DNA of 64,000 bases from Naegleria gruberi. Taxonomy: Eukaryota. Positions 55,301 through 64,000 of the stretch are shown one piece after another; position 1 is the first letter of the stretch, and every line of letters begins with the position of its first letter. The notes beneath the pieces are model-generated. The model worked only from the letters and a program-made list of their open reading frames with translations, searched no databases and was not told where the DNA came from. The translations under genes were made by a program, and so were the position numbers. Where the stretch lies: the NCBI GenBank assembly GCA_000004985.1, contig GG738867.1. The stretch is one strand, 5' to 3'.

Positions 55301-56086
55301 GCTTTTGATTGATATCACATGTGGAATGGCATATCTTCATTCCCTTAAAGTTATTCATAGGTATGTGAAATATTTAAACTATTTATTCCTAATATTCGAA
55401 ACAGAGATTTGAAACCTGGAAATATTCTATTAGATTCTGTTGGAGTAGCCAAAGTTTGTGATTTTGGCATTTCTAGAATTGCTGGAAACACTGCAGCAAA
55501 CTCCACAACCATCTGTGCTGGAACTTTAACCTACATGGCTCCTGAACTATTGCAATCAGATGCCGAAAAGAATCGAATTACAACCTCAGTCGATGTTTAC
55601 AGTTTCTCAATTATCATGTATGAAATATTCTTTGAGGAAGCTCCCTATGCAAAATCTTTGAAAATCAAACAATTTAAACAGGAAAGAAATGGAAAAATTC
55701 ATAATTCTCATTCAGAAGATGGTTTTTATAATAATCATCATCTTGTAACTCCATTTTCAGTTATTTCCAAAGTGATTAAGGGAGTGAGACCTGAAATTCC
55801 ATTCGAAAATCCACAAGATATTGCTGAATGGCTTCAATTATACATGTTTGAATATGGATTACTTTCCGATATTTGTAAATCAAAGGCAATTTCTATTGTA
55901 AATGATTATGTGGAATTGATGAAAGCTTGTTGGAGTGCAGAGCCAGATCAGAGACCAAACTTTGAAACTGTTCTCAATTGTCTTTCATTGTTGAGACAGC
56001 AATTTATGGACTTGACAGATTATCATAAACAGATATCTGGTTCTCTATCCTCTACATCAACAACTACTACAACTGCCTATGACTAA
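52395..56086 (+). CDS. Receptor-like TKL-family protein kinase with large GGAIY-repeat (Pmp-like / parallel beta-helix) ectodomain; exons 52395..53850, 53893..55360, 55405..56086
   Basis: Signal peptide (LIFLTIAVILLTLNG). Approx 800-aa ectodomain containing recurrent GGA[IL]Y/GGGAIY units (GGAIYYNQND, GGAIFANFEN, GGGAIYSNSA, GGALYIHSE). Single TM (LIAVAVSVTIVVITLLLCSIGVISMLCY). The cytoplasmic kinase has IGEGGSGIVYLG, AVK, HRDLKPGNILL and DFG. GTTTGT donor at 53851 with TAG acceptor at 53892, and GTATGT donor at 55361 with CAG acceptor at 55404. Confidence 0.7.
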
Positions 56087-56186
56087 AATTCTACTTGTTT
56101 CGAATAGCCAATCATTAACTAAATATTAAAATACAATCTCTTCTGTTGTTGGGAAGATAATTAGTAAATAAATGTCCATTTTGTGA

Positions 56187-57520
56187 TTATATTGAATTAC
56201 CGTGTAGAGATTCTTCTGCCATTGCATTAAAATTAGAAACAGTTTCGTCCTGTGAAACTGAAATACTACTACAAGGTGTACCATTAATATCATGTGGTGG
56301 AGTTGCAACTGGAGTGCCTGAATCAGAAGGCGACAAGATCAACTCTGAAATCTTTGCCTTCTCTCCAATTGGCACAAATACAGAGCTACGATTTCTTGGA
56401 CTTGTTGGAATTGTTTTCGTTTCGGAACAATTAGATTTCGTATCATCCATATGCAACTCTTTGAAAACTGTCTCAGTCTGAATGAATAACGGATAGAATA
56501 GAGCAAGAGTCAAGCTGGCAAAAAATAAAATTCCAGCACAGTTTACAAAATGCCAAATAAACTTGAATTCGTCCTTGTCAGCAACGAGTGCAGCTCCAAT
56601 GATTACTGCTAAAAGTTGAAGCAAGATACAGGCAATTAAGCCAATCAGGAGAGAGAATGTCACAATAAATGGGTTTTCCATCTTTTTTTGATGACTAGTG
56701 ACGTTCTTAATCTTTTGGATGGACTTTCGAATAGTTTTAATCACTAATATTCCAGAAGTTAAAATAGCAATGGTATCTTTTGCATATAAAACTAGAATAA
56801 TTCCAAATAGTACAAAGTTAAGGGTGGTAGTTTCTGTTTTGTTAAAGATATTAAACTTGGTCAGAGGAACAAATAAACTTGCCAAGGTTAATACAATGAA
56901 AGTGGCAATTACGAAAAGAACTATTGTGATCTGAGTAAAGATTCTAACTCTCTTGAATGCCTTCTTTGAAATGGCTCTCATGGTTACAGCAGTTCTCCAA
57001 CTATTTTTTCTATTAGAATCAAAACTAAATTATTCGAAACTTACAAAACCATCTGAACGAAAAACAAAATCACAAACAACATGATAAAGTTCAGAAACAT
57101 GAAGAATGATGAAAATCCAGCAGTTACCCAAATAGCCATATAGTGTGAGTAAGAAACCCTTTCACCTCTCTCAACAATTATTCTAGCTCTAATGAATAGG
57201 ATATCATTTACTATACGAATCAGTAAATTGATACATTGGATAGCTACCATGGACCCTGCCAATAAGAACATGATGATATGATTCCTTTTCATGATTCCTT
57301 CACCAACTTTCTTCTCAGACGAAACGTGTTGATGTTTAATTCTATTTCGAATAAGACTCAATAACAATCCAAAGCAAATAAAGTAAATAATAAACAAGCA
57401 CAAATAGAAACCAGAATTAGCCATCGAAGCAGCTGGACCCCATATTGGTGGAAAGGCATTCACAGACGAAACATTGACGAAACCATCACCAGGGAACGAA
57501 ACAGTAACATTTGAAGACAT
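56187..57520 (-). CDS. 7-transmembrane receptor-like protein (GPCR-like), tandem paralogue 1; exons 57520..57045 and 57000..56187
   Basis: Exon 1 has about 3-4 hydrophobic helices and ends FFVQMV with a GTAAGT donor (phase 2). A 44-nt intron with TAG acceptor. Exon 2 begins ..WRTAVTMRAISKKAFKRVRIF, has 4 more helices and then a Ser/Thr-rich cytoplasmic tail. Seven to eight TM segments in total. A VERGERVSY motif sits at the end of a helix. Start taken as the ATG at 57520 (MSSNVTV...); an alternative ATG is at 57559. Confidence 0.6.
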
Positions 57521-57975
57521 TTTTTTATAGTAGAAGCTCGTTATTCTCTCACTCAACACCTGTATTAACGTTTGATGGAATGGTTATCATATAGTACAGA
57601 GATAAAACATGTCAAATTGACAGTTGGCTCTTTCCAAATATGGAATAATCTCACTTTTCATGTTGGTATGATATTTAGTAATAGACACCAAAGAAATACA
57701 ACTACTATATAGGAATGATGGAAGTGAGATATTGAAAAAAGCAAAGAACCACTTGTACTGTAAAATACTGAATTGTAAACTTGGTGAGACTTGATGTCAT
57801 CAAATGCGTACTACACAAGATTAATGCTTACAGTAAGTTTCTAGTTCATGAAAAGATTCTGATGAAATTGTTGGTCCACAGTGATGGAAGGTTTCTTCAA
57901 AGTTTAGAATAGTTTGGTTTCTGACCACAAAATATTCGAAATTCTCGAAAGTTTCAACTTGATTGCAATAGTTTC

Positions 57976-59296
57976 TCATTCAATCATTGCAATGACAGAT
58001 TCACTACTTGGTAAGGGCATGAAATTCGAAAGTGTTTCACCAGGAGTTTCATTCGAAAGTGCACTACTGCTCGATGTTCCAGAATTTCCCTGCAATATTT
58101 GCAATGTTGCATCACCAGGTGATAAAACCATTGCACTCTTCTTATTATCAATTGAAAGAAGCATTGAATTTCTATTATTCGATTCGTTTCTTCTACTTTC
58201 AGATAGATTAGAAATGTTTGACTTTGTATCATCAATATGCAATTCCTTAATCACCGTCTCTGTCTGAATAAACAATGGATAGAATAATCCAAGTGTCAAA
58301 ATGGCAAACATTAAAATTCCAGCACAATTAATGAAATGCCAAACAAATTTCAATTCTTCCCTATCAGAAACCAAAACTGCTCCGACAATTACTGCAAGGA
58401 ATTGAAGTAAAATGCAAGAAATTAAAGCTATCAGTAAGGAAAATGTGACAAGGAATGGATTTTCCATTTTCTTGTGTTGAGTGGAAATGTTCTTAATTTT
58501 CAGAATGGACTTTCGAATGGTTTTAATGACCAGTATTCCAGAAATGAGAATGGCAATGGTATCTTTGGAGTATAATAGAACGATTAATCCTAGTAAAATA
58601 AAGTTGACTGTGTTGCTTGTTGATTTTGAAAGGTAATCGAATTTCAATAGGGGAACTGAGATACTAATGAGGATTAGTAAGACGAAAGCAGCAAATACAA
58701 AGAGAGAAATGGTGATTTGAGTAAAGATTCTAACTCTCTTGAATGTCTTCTTTGAAATGGCTCTCATTGTTGCGGCAGTTCTCCAACTAGTTTTTCTGTT
58801 AGAAACAAAATATTAAATTATTCGAAACTTACAAAACCATCTGAACGAAAAATAGAATCACAAACAACATGATATAGTTAAGAAACATGAAGAATGATGA
58901 AATACTAGTCAATGACCACATGGCTGCATAGTGAGCGAAGGTTATCCTTTCACCTCTCTCAACAATTAATCTTGCCTCCATGAATAGGATATCAGAAACT
59001 AATCTGATCAGTAAATTAATACATTGAACGGCAACCATGGACCCTGCCAATATGAACATGATCACATGATTACGTTTCATCACTTGTTTAGTTCTGTTTT
59101 GATCCACTCTCTTTCGAATAGTTCTAAACAACAAGCCGAAACATATGAAATAAATGGCAAAGAGAACCAGATAGAAACCAGAATTAGCCATCGAAGCAGC
59201 AGTTCCCCACACAGGAGGAAATACATTCACAGACGAAACATTGACGAAACCATCCTCTGAAAATTTAATGGTTTCATTGCAACAACCTTTTGACAT
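57976..59296 (-). CDS. 7-transmembrane receptor-like protein (GPCR-like), tandem paralogue 2; exons 59296..58833 and 58786..57976
   Basis: Same two-exon structure as the neighbouring gene, with the same phase-2 GTAAGT donor after FFVQMV and a 46-nt intron. High similarity along the whole length (e.g. MRAISKKTFKRVRIFTQITISLFVF... vs MRAISKKAFKRVRIFTQITIVLFVI...). The C-terminal tails have diverged. Confidence 0.6.
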
Positions 59297-59708
59297 TTTT
59301 TCCACTTATCCTAAAACCATTCGCTTAAATTGCTACCATTCAAAGTTCTGAAAATTTCACTTTTCACATGCCAATTAGGATTGTCATCTTCGTTAATAGA
59401 AACTCCACAATGGCGTTTGAAAAGAATGAAGTTTAGGTGGAACAATGAATTATGTCTCAAAAATGCAATCCAGCCAATTTTTAATACCATATCTTTTTTC
59501 CAACTGTTTCTTCTCAACAATTTCAATGAGAAAGAATGAGAACAAATCATGAGAATAGCTTCTCTATACTCTTATCTTCCATTTAATATCTTCAATTTTC
59601 CAATATTTGACCTCAATCTCCAACCATATGGCAAATAATCATTCCATAATCAAAATTCTCAGAAAATCATCTTTTGGCTGATTTTTGGTAATTTTTTATT
59701 AAAAAAAA

Positions 59709-61379
59709 ATGTTATCAAAAGCAGATGCCGATCAAAGAATTTTAGATTTTCCGAGCAGTATTTTTAGTCAGGGTACAATTTGTAGGTTTTTACATGATCG
59801 GAATGTGTTGATCATTGATTATGATGCCAATCCTACTTGGATTTTCTATTTTTCCAATTAATTATTATTATTAATTACTATTAATTATTATTATTTAAAT
59901 ATTTGATGATCAAAAATCAATTCAGGGGTTTGTGGAAGAAATGTTGATGGACAATTACTTACACCATGTAAAGATACAACTTTCCACTCAGTATCAGATA
60001 TTCTTCCTGTCGAAGTTTCTGAAATATTTCCATATGGTGATAGTTTAAAGTGGATTGGAGCTGGAGATCATTTTACAATTCTCGTGACCAAATCAAATGT
60101 TGTCTATGCTGCTGGACAAAATACGAGTGGTCAGCTTGGATTAGATCACAACAAGGTTTTGACTGAAAAGGTTGTTCGAGTTCACTTTTTTGATCACAAG
60201 AATATTGCAAGTATTAGTTGTGGAGCTTATTATACGTTTTTTATGGAGGAAATTGGAGATTCACAAATTGTTTATGTGTGTGGAAAGAATAATAGTGGAG
60301 TGAGTATTTATTGTTATTCAAAATGTTGCTGAACGGAGTTTTCATGAAATTGTTGTGAATATTGTGAATTTATTAAATATTATTAACGGAATAATATAGC
60401 AATTGGGAATTACATACAATGAAGATGAGGATAATTTGATCTTTCCACCTCATAACTTGAATTTATCATTTATTGAAAATGATAGAATTGAAAAGATTGT
60501 TTGTGGATATGAAACTACCTTGATATTATGCAGTAAGTAGAGGTATCAATTTCGCATTGCGAAATACTATAACCATTTAGAGAGTGGAAAGCTTTATGGT
60601 GCAGGAGCAAATACCACCAATCAATTGGCTAGACCATCATCAGATCCATTACTACACAAATCAGGAAGTTTTGAATTATGTAATTTTGAATCCTTAATTT
60701 CCGATCACGAAAAGATCATCGACGTTTCCTTGGGAACAAGTTATGTTCTAATTTTAACAGATATTGGCAATGTGTACAGCAATGTGAATACATCGTATCC
60801 ATTTTTCAAGAGAATTGGCTTGAATAGCTCACCATTTTCCAAAATTCATTTTGGAGCATCAAATGGTATGTTTCAAAAATTCAAGAATTTTACAATTTCT
60901 TGAAAATAGCTTATTTGAAAATTTCAGATAATCACCCAAACGAAGATATTGCAGGAAAGATTACACAATTACTCATTGATAATCAATCGGGTTCATTTGA
61001 CAATAATTTGAATATACTAGACCCAGTAATTAACAATTCAGATACAAATATTGCAATTATGAGTGGATTGACAGGATTCTTTTTCATTTCAGCTGACTAT
61101 TCCCAAGTATTCTCCCTTGGAAGTTCTGGATCTGGTGAATTGGGTTATATAGTACATTCTGTACCTGTTCCAGAAAGGAATTTTATTGTAGAAACAATTA
61201 TTTCAAGAACTCGATCCTCATCCAATAGAGAACTAGAACCAAAAATTGTTTGTGGTTACAGTCACACATTATTGTACTTTTCAGATGTTAGATCCAGAAA
61301 TTATCTTCTCTTTGTTGCTAATATGGAAAAGCACAGTCACACTACCACTTATCTGTGTGATATTTCTTTTGTATTTTAA
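59709..61379 (+). CDS. RCC1-like repeat (beta-propeller) protein; about 5 exons (59709..59781, 59926..60299, 60400..60532, 60581..60865, 60928..61379)
   Basis: Repeated RCC1-type units (VVYAAGQNTSGQLGLDHNK; KLYGAGANTTNQLARP; VFSLGSSGSGELGYIV; IVCGYSHTLLYF). Introns are bounded by GTAGGT, GTGAGT, GTAAGT and GTATGT donors with CAG/TAG acceptors, and the phases close to an uninterrupted approx 438-aa product. Exon models are inferred by eye. Confidence 0.5.
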
Positions 61380-61639
61380 TCTTGTTTTCCTCTTCCGCCA
61401 CTGCCATTGCTATCATCATCATTATTTAATTTCTCACTAATACTTTTATAAAGATCCGATTCAGCAAATTGCTTCATTAATTTGTAATCCGATTGGGCAG
61501 TACTACTGGCTTGATCTGAGCACATCAGTGAATAGGTAGAATTGGCCTTGCTGCAAATACTATTGGAGTTTGATTGTCGGAGAGATTTGACTAGAAATTT
61601 GGGAGCACAACAGGAAATACGTGACGACATTTTTTTCAA
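61376..61639 (-). CDS. Small hypothetical ORF (87 aa, Ser/Cys-rich)
   Basis: ATG-initiated ORF in the short interval between two genes; no recognisable domain. It may be a genuine small protein or non-coding. Confidence 0.2.
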   Translation of the reverse strand: MKKMSSRISCCAPKFLVKSLRQSNSNSICSKANSTYSLMCSDQASSTAQSDYKLMKQFAESDLYKSISEKLNNDDDSNGSGGRGKQD

Positions 61640-61764
61640 ATTGAAGTTATAAATGATTCTATTTCGTGTGTTTTTAATTCGCCTCCACTTGACTTGTTCG
61701 ATTCCTTATTTTTTGAGTTTCGCCTCAATTCATTTAAATTAATGTTTTAAAAATAAATATTGAT

Positions 61765-63795
61765 TTATTGTTGTGCTGTAGTTGGAGCTTGTTCTGAGTT
61801 TGAACCTTCTCCCTCTTTGGATTTTTGATAAGTGTAAAGTGGAATGTGAAGTTCTTCTTCCTCTTGAATTTCGACTTTCTTTTCAGTTGGTATAAATGAA
61901 CTTTGTCCATTGAAAGCAATCATTTCCAAATACTTTTTGGCATCTCTGACCTTTCTCAATTCATGAGAGACCATTTCCACAATAGCACTATCTACAGTGA
62001 AATGAACATTGGCAATCAACTTGTCAATATAAAGATCTTCATCACCTTCCTCATCCAAATCGTGAATTGATGCATACGAAGCTGTCTTTTTAGTTTCCAC
62101 AACAGTGACATTGTTTTGCATTGGCATTGCACCCTTACTTTCTTCCTTCTCTTCCTCTTCCTTTCTTTCCTCAGAAACTTGGGTTTCAAATGATTTCATA
62201 GCATGGGCAATAGCTGATTGCTTGAATTTGATAATAGTATTACAAATTTCAATACCTGCACACAACATGAACACCTCAGCATTGGTCTCTCGTTTGGTCA
62301 TGGCATCACTCATAAAGAGGTGTAATCTCTTTGAAAATCCTTGTTCCTTATAGAACTTGTCAAATCTACTTGACATTTTTTGTTGAATAAGACTCAGTAG
62401 TGAGTCAACTTCATATAATCCTGTCAATGCGGTAATCATGGACACTAAATTCTTCTTTACCTTTTCTACCTTTGTCAGCGATAAATCCCTATGATTTTCC
62501 AAAATAATATCCTTTGCTTTGAGTTCCTTCCCCAAAGTTGAAGATTGTTGAGCATTTACAAATACACTCTTCACAAGATCTGGGAGAACAAGCATTGTAG
62601 ATCGTGACAATCTATCGATACCCATAGTCTTTTCCAATGTAATATTACCATTACATTCTTTACACATAATGGTACAAGTACCGGCCTTGAGTCTCTTTCT
62701 AATCTTGGTAGATCCGCAAGATGGACATTCCTTTGTATCGAAATTTTTACAAAAGGCAACTGTTGGATAAATACCAATACAATTTGGTAAATTAAAGTTT
62801 GCAATAGTATCGATCATGATATCTCTAATTTGATTCTTTACAGCATCGGCCTTATTTAACACAAAAATGATTGGAATTCCCTTGAGCTCATCTCTACAAA
62901 ATTCTGCTTCAAAAGGTTGGAATCTAGCTTGAGTTAAATCAAGCACATACCAAACAACGTGTACGTGCTTGGCAAGATCTTTTTCACCTCTAATTTTCTT
63001 GAAAAATCTTCTTGTATCAGCAACAAATCCATCTTGAATATATCCGTGTTCAATACCTCTACTGTCATAAATAACAACTGGACTGTGTTCACCAGCATAT
63101 TTGGTATATTGTTGTGTTACTGGTTTACCTTCACCAATTTCGGCCAAAGATTTACCAAAAACCGCATTAACAAGTGATGATTTTCCACTTCCACTACCAC
63201 CTAATAAGAGAATATTTGGTTTGCTAGTTTTTTCTGCAATTGTACTACAGTCACTAGAGAGTTGTTCCTTCATTTGATTGACTTGACTATAAATGATTCT
63301 AGAGTTTTCATCCTTATCGACAATTGTTAAATTTTCCCCGAATTGTGTTTGCAATGAATTAACTTCACTCTTCTCCACATATTTACTTCTTATTCTTGAC
63401 CATTGTTTTCTTCTAGCAAAATCAAAAAGTGAATTATAGGCGTGTGACCAACTTTTAGAATCATCACTCCATGAGTGACAATATTCCCAAGAATCCTCTC
63501 CTTCACTAGTCCACTCCTTTGACAACCAACTCCAACCACCTTCCGTAGCCTTCTTTTCCACTGCACTAAAAGTAATATCCTTAAAATCGGCAGTCTTGTA
63601 CACTCCTGATTTTACAGCAGGTTGAAAATCACCAAACACTCTTCTTGTTTGGTATTCATAAACAATATCAGTTAATAAAACTTTTGTCTTTGAGTTGGAT
63701 GCATCTATTAATTGTGTTCCGGATGATGAAGAAGGAAAACTTGTACTTGATGACGATGATGCAACAACAACTTTATCTTCGCTCATTTTTTTCAA
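61765..63795 (-). CDS. P-loop GTPase (IRG/MMR_HSR1-like G domain) with Trp-rich N-terminal region and internal Cys4 zinc-ribbon
   Basis: 676-aa ATG ORF. G1 is LLLGGSGSGKSSLVNAVFG, G3 is YDSRG, G4 is VLNKADAV. A C-x2-C-x13-C-x2-C zinc-ribbon (CPSCGSTKIRKRLKAGTCTIMCKECNG) follows the G domain. The N-terminal segment is W-rich (GGWSWLSKEWTSEGEDSWEYCHSWSDDSKSW). Acidic, Glu-rich C-terminal tail. Confidence 0.55.
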   Translation of the reverse strand: MKKMSEDKVVVASSSSSTSFPSSSSGTQLIDASNSKTKVLLTDIVYEYQTRRVFGDFQPAVKSGVYKTADFKDITFSAVEKKATEGGWSWLSKEWTSEGEDSWEYCHSWSDDSKSWSHAYNSLFDFARRKQWSRIRSKYVEKSEVNSLQTQFGENLTIVDKDENSRIIYSQVNQMKEQLSSDCSTIAEKTSKPNILLLGGSGSGKSSLVNAVFGKSLAEIGEGKPVTQQYTKYAGEHSPVVIYDSRGIEHGYIQDGFVADTRRFFKKIRGEKDLAKHVHVVWYVLDLTQARFQPFEAEFCRDELKGIPIIFVLNKADAVKNQIRDIMIDTIANFNLPNCIGIYPTVAFCKNFDTKECPSCGSTKIRKRLKAGTCTIMCKECNGNITLEKTMGIDRLSRSTMLVLPDLVKSVFVNAQQSSTLGKELKAKDIILENHRDLSLTKVEKVKKNLVSMITALTGLYEVDSLLSLIQQKMSSRFDKFYKEQGFSKRLHLFMSDAMTKRETNAEVFMLCAGIEICNTIIKFKQSAIAHAMKSFETQVSEERKEEEEKEESKGAMPMQNNVTVVETKKTASYASIHDLDEEGDEDLYIDKLIANVHFTVDSAIVEMVSHELRKVRDAKKYLEMIAFNGQSSFIPTEKKVEIQEEEELHIPLYTYQKSKEGEGSNSEQAPTTAQQ

Positions 63796-64000
63796 TCAAA
63801 TTTGTTTCACGTTTTTTAATTCCAACAGAAAAATCCGAACAACAATTATTAATAGCCGTGTTTATACCTACAATTGAATTGGAAGGCAAATAATAATGAA
63901 TAGGAATGAATTTTGATATAAAGTTCAAGAATTTAATTCCTTTTAAAAAAATATTTTTACCTTAGAGTGTCCTTAGAAATATGGTACAATAGTAGGTTCA

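Noticed and set aside
1-64000. Prokaryotic features (operons, CRISPR arrays, Shine-Dalgarno-led ORFs) and mobile elements (LTRs, TIRs, transposase or reverse-transcriptase ORFs)
   Set aside because: Spliceosomal introns with GT/AG boundaries, eukaryotic-type tRNAs and eukaryote-specific gene families dominate. I saw no direct-repeat/spacer arrays, long terminal repeats or transposase-like ORFs.

Overview
Gene-dense eukaryotic nuclear DNA at roughly 33-35% GC. Genes sit about 2-2.5 kb apart, introns are few and short (38-167 nt; donors GTAAGT, GTATGT, GTAGGT, GTTTGT; acceptors mostly TAG or CAG), and stops are standard. I see no prokaryotic operons, CRISPR arrays or recognisable transposons. 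I call about 30 protein-coding genes on both strands and three tRNA genes, all on the minus strand: Ser-AGA, Gly-TCC, and a Ser-TGA-like copy with a broken acceptor stem. Housekeeping genes I recognise with good confidence are VPS51 (GARP complex; an intron is confirmed by homology across the junction), a BIG-type Sec7 ARF-GEF, PAN2 deadenylase, a dual-specificity phosphatase, a histidine acid phosphatase, an alpha/beta hydrolase and an HMG-box protein. The accessory content that looks most interesting is as follows. (i) A tandem cluster of three kinase plus TPR/Sel1-like repeat genes at 22.3-29.0 kb; the third copy is 5'-truncated and carries an in-frame stop, so it is a probable pseudogene. 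(ii) A divergent Ran-like GTPase with an N-terminal Cys4 zinc-ribbon-like motif and FG repeats of the nucleoporin type; one of its introns is only explained as a non-canonical GC-AG intron once Ran homology is used. (iii) A large receptor-like TKL kinase whose ectodomain is made of GGAIY-type repeats (polymorphic-membrane-protein / parallel beta-helix like). (iv) A tandem pair of paralogous 7-transmembrane receptor-like genes. (v) A two-TM receptor-type class III nucleotidyl-cyclase-like protein with a HAMP-like linker and possibly degenerate metal-binding residues. (vi) A kinase-RasGEF fusion with atypical catalytic motifs. (vii) A secreted LysM protein. (viii) A basic low-complexity protein ending in a PAM2-like motif. 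(ix) F-box/SH3-like/DUF4116-repeat and BTB proteins with unusual low-complexity regions. Poly-N/Q tracts, the kinase/RasGEF/cyclase/7TM sensory repertoire and the compact gene structure suggest a free-living or amoeboid protist-like or early-diverging eukaryote, but I cannot place the organism. All exon junctions were derived by eye and may be off by 1-2 nt.
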